From Bacteroidota bacterium (lineage in GTDB: Bacteria > Bacteroidota > Bacteroidia > Chitinophagales > Chitinophagaceae): 49,681 nucleotides of DNA. The DNA is taken from contig CANFLP010000001.1 of assembly GCA_947447835.1 (NCBI GenBank), forward strand, positions 1-49,681. Reading direction: 5' to 3'. The position numbers and the translations under genes are program-made. The notes under the pieces were generated by a model. The model searched no databases and was not told where the DNA came from. It worked only from the letters and a program-made list of their open reading frames with translations. Shown here piece after piece: positions 28,051 through 37,500 of this stretch (its first letter is position 1; every line of letters begins with the position of its first letter).

Positions 28051-30776
28051 TGTAATCCCCAATCACGACCTTTCATAATTGCCGGAACACCTGTGCTCAT
28101 CCAAGTAGGCATGTTATCTCCTTTCAAATAATGATCAAAGAATTGTTGTTCTCTAATTTGAATATCCTTTTTGTTCTTACGCTCTATTAAATTATGTGCT
28201 TCGTTGTTATACACCAACATCCACATTTTTTTATTTAATCTACGCATTGCTGTAAAGTATTCAATTCCTTGATACCAAGGCACAGCATCATCGGCATCAT
28301 TACTCATAATTACCAATGGAGTAGTTACTGCAGGCAAAGAAAATAATGGGGAATTCTTAATATATAAATCGGGACGTTCCCACAAACTTGCACCTATCCT
28401 ACTTTGCGTTTTCTCGTATTGAAATTGTCTGTTAATACCTGTGCCCCATCTAATACCACCATACGCACTTGTCATATTTACAACTGGCGCACCTGCCCAA
28501 GCAGCAGCATATAATTTTGTTTTGGTAATTAAATAGGCAATTTGATATCCACCCCAACTTTGTCCTTGTAAGCCAACTTTTGTACTATCAATGAATCCTT
28601 TTTGAATCATAGCCCTTGTACCACTTAAAATGTAATCATACGCTCCTTGTCCAGGATACCCTTTTTGATACCAAATATCTGGAACGAATATTACATATCC
28701 TCTGCTCGCGAAAAAAGGAATATTTAATCTTGAAGCAGTAGGTGCAGGAGGTAAATAGTTATGAAGCGTTTGATTGTTTCTTTCATAAAAATAAACAATC
28801 ATTGGGTATTTCTTTTTGGGATCAAAGTTTTCAGGTAAGTATAAAACACCTTCAGTCGTTTTACCAGTATATGCTTTCCATTTAACAATTTGTGAACTCA
28901 TCCAATTGTAATTGGCTTGTTGTGGATTGATATTTGAAATCGCATTTGGGTTTTGTACATTATCATTAAGCTGATAATGATAAATATTAGGAGATGTTTT
29001 TTCATCTTCTTGCATCACAAATATATTATTGGCTTTTTTAGCAGCAACAATGGTAGTTAAATGCATTGGGAAAGTATTGATTACAAAAAGTTGCTTAGTG
29101 TCCAATTTTAAACTAGCTATAGATTCTGATTTATCAGTTTCATTAAAACCTTTAATTAATATAGTTGCATCAGATTTTAAATATTTACGCTCCAAGTCCG
29201 TCTCCACAAAACGATAACTAATTTTATTCTTTCTTCCATTGGTTAATTGTATGGAGGGTTTAATGCCATTGGCATCCACTAGCCATAAATCATATCTATC
29301 GTAAATGATTAATTGCTCATTGTTATCTAACCATTTTGCGATTCCATATGCATTTGGGTCATCTGGTACATCGTTATCTTCATCAAATAATGCATGTTTT
29401 ATGTCCTTAGCAATCAAAGTTTGCTTGCCAGAACTAGCCTTATATGCATTGTATGTTTTTTTCGGCTCATCATAATAAACAAGCATAGAACCATCATAAG
29501 CACTTGAAATTAAATTACCCTTCCATCCTTTTTGAATCAATTGCTTTTTTGCATTGTCATTTTGGATAGCGTAAATATCTTTTAAACTATACCCTTGCCA
29601 TTGACTCGCAATCGTATAGTTGGAATCCAATGTTGCATAAGTATAAGCACCATCACCTTCCTTAGTATTGATTAAATCACGCTCCTTGATTTTACCTAAA
29701 TACGTAATTTGTGCATTATTAGTATTGTATAAAACTGTTTCAGTTGCTTTTAAACTAGCTTCTAAATTCTTTAATTGAACAGGCTGTAAATTAGCATCTC
29801 CGTAATGCCATATATCCAAACTTGCACGTTCAAATTCAGGTAAACTGGTATCCTTGATAGGTAAAATAGGTTGTATACCAAATTCCAAAATATGACCAGA
29901 CTTGCTGAATATTAATTTTCTGTCAGCACCAATAGTATAATTTGCAGGTAAATTTGCGTTCGTTTTTTCAACTATTCTTATGGAACTGTCTGAATTGAAA
30001 TTATAATACGCTAGGCTATAGTTTTTTTGTAAAGCTTTGTCAGTACTATCTTGTTCAATTAAATATGCCAACTTCTTTCCTTCTTCGTCCCATGCAAAAC
30101 CAGTAGCACTATTAAAGTTTTTGCTAATCTCGGTTGTATTTGTGTCTGCAATTGAAGCTAATAATATCTTGGCACTCGTTGTTTTGGTCTTAACTTGATA
30201 CATCACTAAGCCCATGGCTTTTGGGTGAATACTATAAGCTGCAATATTGTTGAAGGTTCTAAAAGAGGCACTATTTAAATCTCTAAATACCAACTCAGAA
30301 CCCTCTTTATTGATGTCCCCTTTTTTATCTTTTAAATAAGCAACCATATCATTTCCATGCTCAGGTAATTGGAAACTTTTTACAGAAGCAACTTTTTCAA
30401 TATTGTTGTTAGATAAATTAACTATAACCAAGCTATCTTTTGGCATATCATCTGGCTTTTTTTTGTCAATCTTTGCCTTTCTTGTTTCTGCAAATAAGGG
30501 ATTGATTTTAGCTACTAAAAATTGCCCATTTTCTGTAAATACTGGTTTAGTACCACGATCTATTCTTATTTCAGAAAAATCCTTCATGTTTTTTATTACT
30601 AAAACAGCGTCTCCCTCCTGTGGAGTAATAGTATAAGCGACAAATTCACCCTGTTGTTGAGCAACTACTTCCTTAATTGATTGCCAACTATCATATACCG
30701 TATGGTCAAGCACTTTTTTCTGACTAAAACCAGTAAAAAAACACAATAAGAACAACCCTAATAGGCTATTTTTCAT
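28047..30776 (-). CDS. S9 family (prolyl oligopeptidase-like) secreted serine peptidase
   Basis: Signal peptide (GFS|Q), GQSWGG nucleophile, DDAVP and NEAHN triad motifs. Confidence 0.93.
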   Translation of the reverse strand: MKNSLLGLFLLCFFTGFSQKKVLDHTVYDSWQSIKEVVAQQQGEFVAYTITPQEGDAVLVIKNMKDFSEIRIDRGTKPVFTENGQFLVAKINPLFAETRKAKIDKKKPDDMPKDSLVIVNLSNNNIEKVASVKSFQLPEHGNDMVAYLKDKKGDINKEGSELVFRDLNSASFRTFNNIAAYSIHPKAMGLVMYQVKTKTTSAKILLASIADTNTTEISKNFNSATGFAWDEEGKKLAYLIEQDSTDKALQKNYSLAYYNFNSDSSIRIVEKTNANLPANYTIGADRKLIFSKSGHILEFGIQPILPIKDTSLPEFERASLDIWHYGDANLQPVQLKNLEASLKATETVLYNTNNAQITYLGKIKERDLINTKEGDGAYTYATLDSNYTIASQWQGYSLKDIYAIQNDNAKKQLIQKGWKGNLISSAYDGSMLVYYDEPKKTYNAYKASSGKQTLIAKDIKHALFDEDNDVPDDPNAYGIAKWLDNNEQLIIYDRYDLWLVDANGIKPSIQLTNGRKNKISYRFVETDLERKYLKSDATILIKGFNETDKSESIASLKLDTKQLFVINTFPMHLTTIVAAKKANNIFVMQEDEKTSPNIYHYQLNDNVQNPNAISNINPQQANYNWMSSQIVKWKAYTGKTTEGVLYLPENFDPKKKYPMIVYFYERNNQTLHNYLPPAPTASRLNIPFFASRGYVIFVPDIWYQKGYPGQGAYDYILSGTRAMIQKGFIDSTKVGLQGQSWGGYQIAYLITKTKLYAAAWAGAPVVNMTSAYGGIRWGTGINRQFQYEKTQSRIGASLWERPDLYIKNSPLFSLPAVTTPLVIMSNDADDAVPWYQGIEYFTAMRRLNKKMWMLVYNNEAHNLIERKNKKDIQIREQQFFDHYLKGDNMPTWMSTGVPAIMKGRDWGLH

Positions 30777-30853
30777 ATAATAAATTTATTTTATAAATTT
30801 GACAACTTTCTGAACAATAATTTGTTATGTAATTTATTAAAATGTTGGAATAA

Positions 30854-33304
30854 ATGAGTCGTTTTTATATGATTGTTTTACTGCTATTTATACAAATTTC
30901 AAGCTTTGCACAACAAAGTGGAAGTTTGATTGGAGAGGTATTGGATAAGAATACACAAAAACCAATAGGTGGTGCTGTAGTGAAGCTAATAAACACAAAA
31001 TTTGTAACTACAACAGATAGCTTAGGTAAGTATAATTTTAAGTCTATTCCAACTGGACAATATCAATTGACTGTTAACTCTTATGGGAGTATTGCTTATA
31101 CCCTTTATAATGTGATTGTAAGCTCTGGAAATATCACTAGTAATAGTATTGAACTCATCCCACAGGAATTCACGCTAAAAGTGGTAACCGTTGGGAATGT
31201 TAAAAAATCTGTTCGAGCAGCAACATTGGAAACACCCTTAAGTATCCAAAAATTAACAGCCGAAGAAATAAAATCTAACCCAGGAGGTAATTTTGACATA
31301 TCCAAAGTTGTCCAAACACTACCTGGAGTAACTGGTTCGGCTAGCACAGGAGCTGGATTTAGAAATGATATCATTGTACGTGGTGGTGCAGCCAATGAAA
31401 ATGTATTCTATTTAGATGGTATTGAAATACCCGTAATTAATCACTTTACCACACAGGGAAGTGCTGGTGGCCCACAAGGTATATTAAACGTTTCCTTTAT
31501 AGACGAGGTTAAGTTGTCATCATCAGCTTTTGATGCTAAATACGACAATGCTTTATCTTCTGTATTTGAATTCAAACAAAAAAAAGGGAATGCAGAAAAA
31601 GTACAAGGAAATGTTAGATTAGGGGCAACTGAAATTGCTTCGACATTAGACGGGCCTTTAAATAAATCTGGCAAAACCACTTATCTACTTTCTGCAAGAA
31701 GAAGTTATTTACAGTTTTTATTTAAAGCATTGGATTTACCAATTCGTCCAAATTATTGGGATTTTCAATTTAAGGTTACACATATCATTGATCCCAAAAC
31801 AACGCTTACTATACTTGGTGTTGGTGCCATTGATGAATTTGCATTTGCTGCACCTCAAAAAGCGACACCTGAAAAAATTTATGTATTAAATGCGGGGCCT
31901 TCAATTAATCAATGGAGTTATACAGTTGGTGCTTCCTTAAAAAAATTAGTTGACAAGGGATATTGGAATTTAAGTATTAGCAGAAATCATTTACATAATG
32001 TGAATGAAAAATATCAAAACAATTTAGGGCCAGATAAAGGAGAAAAGACCTTGGATTATACTTCAAACGAAAGTGGAAATAATCTAAGATGGGATTTAAC
32101 TAAAAGTATTGTTGGATTTAAGTGGACAACTGGATTTAATATTCAAAACATTGAATATGACAATAATACCAATCAATTATTACAATATAATAGTTTAACA
32201 TCATTAGGTGGAATTAATCCTATCAACAATGCTTTAACAATACATTACGCAAATAATTTATCCTATAATAAATATGGGGCTTTTATACAAATTGGGAAAA
32301 AAGCTTTTGATAATAGATTAGGTATTAGTGCAGGTTTAAGAACAGACGCAAATAGCTTTACTAAAGATGGCAATGATTGGTTAAAAAGAGTTTCCCCTAG
32401 AGTGAGTTTAAGTTATGTCCTAAACAATGAACTTACAGTAAATGCATCTATAGGAAAATATTTCAAATTAACACCTAATACAGCGCTTGGCTTTAAAGAT
32501 AATACAGGTGTTTTAGTAAATCAGGATGCAAATTATACTTCAAGCACACACTATGTTACTGGTATTGAATATATCCCTTCTGAAGCAACTCGATTTACTG
32601 CCGAAGTTTTTTATAAAAAATATAATAACGTTCCATTAAGTATTAACAAAGGAGTAAGCCTTAGTAATTTGGGTGCGGACTTTAATATTTTAGGAAACGA
32701 ACCTATAGCGACAACTGGTTTAGGCAAAAGCTATGGATTTGAACTTTTTGCACAACAAAAATTAACAGATCGTTTTTTTGGCATTGTAAGCTATAGCTAT
32801 TTCAAAAGTGAGTATACCAATACCCTTGGTGTATATATCCCAAGTGCTTGGCAAAATACCCATTTGATTAGTATGACAGGTGGTTATAAGTTTAATAAGA
32901 ATTGGGAAATGGGGATTAAGTTTAGATACCAAGGAGGAACACCATATACACCGTATGATATGAATTTAAGTAAATTAAATTTTGCAACATTGGGAATGGG
33001 AATTTTCGATTTCAACAAATTGAATAGCTTAAACAACAAAGCATATCATTCTGCAGATATTAGAATCGATAAAAAATACAACTATAAGAAAACAACGCTT
33101 GATTTTTTCTTAGACATTACCAATTTTTATGGAGCTAAATCGGTTGCACCCCCTTTTTATGTATTCTCAGCAAATCCTGATGGAACTTTTAAAACTACAG
33201 ATGGAAACGCGGTTAAGAAAGATGGATCTAATGCTATACCAATATTGTTTGACAACAATCAAGTATTCATTACACCAACATTTGGATTTATTTGGGAATT
33301 CTAA
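30854..33304 (+). CDS. TonB-dependent receptor
   Basis: Signal peptide (SFA|Q), carboxypeptidase-regulatory-like N-domain, plug (LPGV, IVRGG...EN...LDG.E...NHF) and terminal aromatic strand GFIWEF. Confidence 0.93.
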   Translation: MSRFYMIVLLLFIQISSFAQQSGSLIGEVLDKNTQKPIGGAVVKLINTKFVTTTDSLGKYNFKSIPTGQYQLTVNSYGSIAYTLYNVIVSSGNITSNSIELIPQEFTLKVVTVGNVKKSVRAATLETPLSIQKLTAEEIKSNPGGNFDISKVVQTLPGVTGSASTGAGFRNDIIVRGGAANENVFYLDGIEIPVINHFTTQGSAGGPQGILNVSFIDEVKLSSSAFDAKYDNALSSVFEFKQKKGNAEKVQGNVRLGATEIASTLDGPLNKSGKTTYLLSARRSYLQFLFKALDLPIRPNYWDFQFKVTHIIDPKTTLTILGVGAIDEFAFAAPQKATPEKIYVLNAGPSINQWSYTVGASLKKLVDKGYWNLSISRNHLHNVNEKYQNNLGPDKGEKTLDYTSNESGNNLRWDLTKSIVGFKWTTGFNIQNIEYDNNTNQLLQYNSLTSLGGINPINNALTIHYANNLSYNKYGAFIQIGKKAFDNRLGISAGLRTDANSFTKDGNDWLKRVSPRVSLSYVLNNELTVNASIGKYFKLTPNTALGFKDNTGVLVNQDANYTSSTHYVTGIEYIPSEATRFTAEVFYKKYNNVPLSINKGVSLSNLGADFNILGNEPIATTGLGKSYGFELFAQQKLTDRFFGIVSYSYFKSEYTNTLGVYIPSAWQNTHLISMTGGYKFNKNWEMGIKFRYQGGTPYTPYDMNLSKLNFATLGMGIFDFNKLNSLNNKAYHSADIRIDKKYNYKKTTLDFFLDITNFYGAKSVAPPFYVFSANPDGTFKTTDGNAVKKDGSNAIPILFDNNQVFITPTFGFIWEF

Positions 33305-33347
33305 TATGGCTAGTTAATCCTTTAAAATTATTATTGTAACTAGCGTA

Positions 33348-34085
33348 TTATTTTTTAATCAACTTGATAAAGCGTCCAGTTGCCGAAAGCCATTGCATGT
33401 TTAATACACCTAAAATGGCTTCTTTAATAATACCCTTTGACATTTTACTGACCCCAATTTTTCTATCTATAAAAATGATGGGCACTTCTTTAATTTTGAA
33501 ACCTAATTTCCAAGAAGCAAATTTCATTTCAATTTGAAACGCGTATCCAATAAATTTAATATTATCTAAATTAATGGAAGCGAGGACTTTGCTTTTGTAA
33601 CAAACAAAGCCAGCTGTAGGATCTTTAACAGGCATACCTGTAATGATTCTTGTGTAAGCAGAGCCGCCTTGTGAATAGATTTTTCTATCTAAAGGCCAGT
33701 TTTCTGTTGCACCACCTTTTACATACCTACTTCCAACTGCTACATCAGCACCAGCATCACAAGCAGCACATAATCTGTCTAAGTCATTAGGATTATGTGA
33801 AAAGTCGGCATCCATTTCAATGATGTAATCATATCCATTAGCTAAAGCCCATTTAAATCCATGAATATAGGCTGTTCCTAAACCAAGTTTGCCAGATCGA
33901 CATTCAATATGCACTCGCTCTGGATTTTGTAGCATGATGGTTCTAACAATATCAGCAGTTCCGTCGGGAGAACCATCGTCAATAACTAAAATATGATAAC
34001 CACTTTCAAAAGACAATACTGCAGCAATAATAGCTTCGATATTTTCCTTTTCGTTATAAGTTGGTATTAATACAATTTTCTTCAC
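33348..34085 (-). CDS. Polyprenol monophosphomannose synthase (DPM1-like GT2)
   Basis: IPTYNE.EN, DDGSPDGT, KLGLGTAY, MDADFSH.P and GYAFQIEM. Confidence 0.93.
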   Translation of the reverse strand: MKKIVLIPTYNEKENIEAIIAAVLSFESGYHILVIDDGSPDGTADIVRTIMLQNPERVHIECRSGKLGLGTAYIHGFKWALANGYDYIIEMDADFSHNPNDLDRLCAACDAGADVAVGSRYVKGGATENWPLDRKIYSQGGSAYTRIITGMPVKDPTAGFVCYKSKVLASINLDNIKFIGYAFQIEMKFASWKLGFKIKEVPIIFIDRKIGVSKMSKGIIKEAILGVLNMQWLSATGRFIKLIKK

Positions 34086-34136
34086 TTGATTTGGGGGATA
34101 TGAGTAGTGATAAAATTACAAAAAGATTAATATAAA

Positions 34137-34904
34137 TTATTTATTTAATATGGATTTATTCAGAATTTCTGTTAATTTCTGCTTTGTGTGTAAAGCGAAA
34201 TCACCTTTCATCATCCAATCATAATACTGTGGCTCTTCTCTAAGTACTTGTGTTACAGGCTTTCCCTTGTGCTTACCGAAATTAAAAACGGCAATATTGT
34301 TTTCATAAACAAGTCTACGGGCAAAGTCAATGATTTGATCCTCTCCGGTGAATTTTACAATAGATTCAACTGTTTTACCAATTTGAGGATATCGCTCAAT
34401 TTGTGCTTCTAAAATTTCCCAGGTAGCAGTAGCATCAGCTTCGGCTGTATGGGCGTCTTCTAATGTTTTGTGACAATAAAATTGATATGCTGCACTTAAG
34501 GTTCTTTGCTCCATCATATGAAACACTTTTTGCACATCCAATAATTTTCTAGATTCTATATCAACACTTATACCTGATCTTAAAAATTCCTCATTCAACA
34601 TAGGAACATCAAAACGATTGCTATTATATCCACCAATATCTGCACCTTCCATAAATTGCTTAATCTCGTTGGCGATAGCTTTAAAACTGGGAGCATCTTT
34701 TACCATTTCATCGGTAATACCATGTACATCTGAACTTGCTTTTGGAATAGGCATTTCTGGATTAACCAATCTTCTTTTTATTTGTTTAGAACCATCTATA
34801 CCAATTTTCACAATGGCAATTTCTACAATTCTATCGGTACTAACATTAATACCTGTTGTCTCTAAATCTATAAAGCAAATGGGTCTGGTAAGTTCTAATG
34901 ACAT
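34137..34904 (-). CDS. DEDDh 3'-5' exonuclease (DnaQ/epsilon-like)
   Basis: DLETTG, VHGI, YN..FD and H.AEAD motifs; C-terminal FGKHKG domain. Confidence 0.92.
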   Translation of the reverse strand: MSLELTRPICFIDLETTGINVSTDRIVEIAIVKIGIDGSKQIKRRLVNPEMPIPKASSDVHGITDEMVKDAPSFKAIANEIKQFMEGADIGGYNSNRFDVPMLNEEFLRSGISVDIESRKLLDVQKVFHMMEQRTLSAAYQFYCHKTLEDAHTAEADATATWEILEAQIERYPQIGKTVESIVKFTGEDQIIDFARRLVYENNIAVFNFGKHKGKPVTQVLREEPQYYDWMMKGDFALHTKQKLTEILNKSILNK

Positions 34905-34985
34905 AAAAATTATTATTTGTCGAAGTTAAACATAATTGACAAGTAAATTGTGCGAAATATCACATTTTAGTCCATTTAAAATGTA

Positions 34986-34993
34986 TAATTTTG
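34986..34993 (+). promoter_or_regulatory. Candidate -7 element (TAATTTTG) for ytxJ
   Basis: Exact TAnnTTTG 17 nt before the ATG. Confidence 0.6.
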
Positions 34994-35010
34994 AACCTTA
35001 ATAATTACTT

Positions 35011-35343
35011 ATGAATTGGTTACCACTTACTTCTATTGAACAATTAGAACAAATTAAACAGGCATCTAATAATAAGCCACAGCTTATATTCAAGCATAGT
35101 GCTACATGTAGTATATCTAAAATGGCATTTTCAAGGTTTGAACGTGCAGAAGCACCCGAAACGATTGATTTTTATTATTTAGACTTATTGAATTATAGAA
35201 ATGTTTCTAATGCTATTGCTGAATTTTTCCAAGTACATCATGAGTCTCCTCAAGTAATATTAATTAAGAACGGAGCATGTGTGTATGACGAAAGCCATTA
35301 TGGAATAATGATGGACGAAGTAATTGAACAAGCTGCGTTATAA
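35011..35343 (+). CDS. ytxJ: Bacillithiol system redox-active protein YtxJ/BrxC
   Basis: IFKHS.TCSIS monothiol motif and V.HESPQ. Confidence 0.92.
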   Translation: MNWLPLTSIEQLEQIKQASNNKPQLIFKHSATCSISKMAFSRFERAEAPETIDFYYLDLLNYRNVSNAIAEFFQVHHESPQVILIKNGACVYDESHYGIMMDEVIEQAAL

Positions 35344-36519
35344 TCGTTCAATAATTACAGCACTTGCACCACCTCCCCCATTACAGATAGCTGCAGCACC
35401 GTATTTGCCATTATTTTGTTGAAGTACATGAATTAGCGTAACCAGAATTCTTGCACCGCTACAACCTAAGGGATGACCTAATGAAACGGCACCCCCATTA
35501 ATATTTACCTTAGTAGCATCCAATTGTAATAATTGTGTATTCACTATTCCTACAACCGAGAATGCTTCATTAAATTCAAATGCACTTATATCAGCAGTAG
35601 TCAAATTTGCTTTGGCAAGTGCTTTAGGTATCGCTAAAGCAGGCGATGTGGTAAACCATTTAGGATCTTGTTCCGCATCGGCATAACTAATTATTTTGGC
35701 AATAGGATTTAAACCTAATTCTTTTACTTTTTCACCACTCATTAATACTAAAGCAGCAGCCCCATCATTCATAGTGCTCGCATTAGCAGCAGTTACAGTA
35801 CCCTCCTTACTAAAAGCAGGGTTTAATTGTGAAACCTTATCAAATTTTACATTAAAAGGTTCTTCGTCTTTTGAAATAACGATAGGATCTCCTTTACGTT
35901 GTGGAATAGTTACCGGAATAATTTCGGTTGCAAAAAGTCCTTTTTCAATTGCATTTTGAGATTTTTGATAACTAGCAATCGCAAAAGCATCTTGATCAGC
36001 TCTGGTAATATTATTTTCCTTTGCACATAAATCTGCAAAATTTCCCATCGCCACTTTATCATATGCATCTACTAAACCATCTTTTGCCAAACCGTCTTGC
36101 ATAGTTATGTCACCATATTTATTACCCCATCTTTGTGTTGTATTATAAAATGGCACATTGCTCATACTTTCCATGCCTCCCGCAATGATAATATCAGCAT
36201 CACCTAATAGTATATTTTGAGTAGCCATTGCAACCGCTTTCATGCCACTTGCGCAAACCTTATTAACAGTTGTAGCAATTACTTTATCAGGTAACCCAGC
36301 AGCTTTACTAGCCTGTCTTGCAGGTGCTTGACCTAATCCAGCTTGAATAACAGAACCCATTATCACTTCATCAATCAAATCTCCACTTACATTAATTTTA
36401 TCAATAGCTCCTTTAATAACTATCCCACCTAATTGAGTTGCCGATACACTGCTTAAACATCCACCAAATGAACCAATGGGTGTTCTAACAGCAGCAACGA
36501 TATAAACTTCCTTTGACAT
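35338..36519 (-). CDS. Acetyl-CoA C-acyltransferase (thiolase)
   Basis: [19 protein letters not shown] and CNGGGG. Confidence 0.97.
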   Translation of the reverse strand: MSKEVYIVAAVRTPIGSFGGCLSSVSATQLGGIVIKGAIDKINVSGDLIDEVIMGSVIQAGLGQAPARQASKAAGLPDKVIATTVNKVCASGMKAVAMATQNILLGDADIIIAGGMESMSNVPFYNTTQRWGNKYGDITMQDGLAKDGLVDAYDKVAMGNFADLCAKENNITRADQDAFAIASYQKSQNAIEKGLFATEIIPVTIPQRKGDPIVISKDEEPFNVKFDKVSQLNPAFSKEGTVTAANASTMNDGAAALVLMSGEKVKELGLNPIAKIISYADAEQDPKWFTTSPALAIPKALAKANLTTADISAFEFNEAFSVVGIVNTQLLQLDATKVNINGGAVSLGHPLGCSGARILVTLIHVLQQNNGKYGAAAICNGGGGASAVIIERL

Positions 36520-36563
36520 ATATTAATAATTATCTATTGTAAAAATAAGTCTTTGCAAATTAA

Positions 36564-37463
36564 TTAATCCTGAGAAGCATCATCTGTTGGTGGCGTATTT
36601 GAAGCCTCTGGCGTAGTGGGTACTTCAGGTGCTAAACGAATACCACCGTCTTCGATAGTGATTAATTTAGACTTGTATAAAATACCAACATTCATTTTAA
36701 ATGCCTTTTTACTCATAGCAAAAAATGCATAAATATCTTCTGGACTTGACTTGTCATGGTATGGCAAAAATCCTTTATGTAATTTCAATAACTTGACAAT
36801 AGTTTGTTGGTCACCATCTAGTTTTTCAACACCTTGTTTACCAATACCAATATCCAACTTATTATCTTCTCTAATTTTCTTTATAAATGCTTCATCAATA
36901 AATTGACCAATATGTAAATGTGTAAATACTTCATTTTTATAAACTAATCCTTGGTGTACTTGATTTACAATTACTACATATCCAATTTCAGATTCACGAT
37001 ACACCTGCACTTTAACTTTTTCGCCTTCCTTAACCGTTAAAAAGTCATTGCTAATTTGATTGTCAATTTTTTCCGTTGCAGCTACCCTTCCCGTTTGCTT
37101 GTCAATATACAATTTCACTAAATACTTGCCTCCTAAGCGCATAGTAGATAATTGTTGAGAAGCTGGAACAAATACATCCTTCATTAAACCCCAGTCCATA
37201 AAAGCACCCTGGCGTGTTACCTCAACAACTTTTAATGCAGCGATATCCCCCACAACTGCAAAAGGTTCTTGTGTAGTAGCAATTAATCTGTTATCAGAAT
37301 CGTGATAAACAAATACACTAATTGTATCACCAACTTGTAAACCCGAAGGCACAAAACGTTTAGGCAATAAAATACCTTCGGCCCCATCGTCCATGTAAAA
37401 ACCAAAGTCTACCTTACGGTCTACGCGCATCAGATTAAATTGACCTACATTAATGGTTGACAT
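36564..37463 (-). CDS. S1-domain RNA-binding protein, CvfB family
   Basis: ILLPKR, VFVY.DS..RL.AT, GAF.DWGL.KD and winged-helix end SKKAFK..VG.LYK. Confidence 0.92.
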   Translation of the reverse strand: MSTINVGQFNLMRVDRKVDFGFYMDDGAEGILLPKRFVPSGLQVGDTISVFVYHDSDNRLIATTQEPFAVVGDIAALKVVEVTRQGAFMDWGLMKDVFVPASQQLSTMRLGGKYLVKLYIDKQTGRVAATEKIDNQISNDFLTVKEGEKVKVQVYRESEIGYVVIVNQVHQGLVYKNEVFTHLHIGQFIDEAFIKKIREDNKLDIGIGKQGVEKLDGDQQTIVKLLKLHKGFLPYHDKSSPEDIYAFFAMSKKAFKMNVGILYKSKLITIEDGGIRLAPEVPTTPEASNTPPTDDASQD

Positions 37464-37500
37464 GGCTTTTATTTTATGTTTTTAAACCCGAATTATAAAT

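Noticed and set aside
36564-36635. Pro/Thr/acidic tail of the CvfB-like protein with a short TGGCGTA duplication
   Set aside because: Too short to be a meaningful repeat; consistent with a disordered tail.
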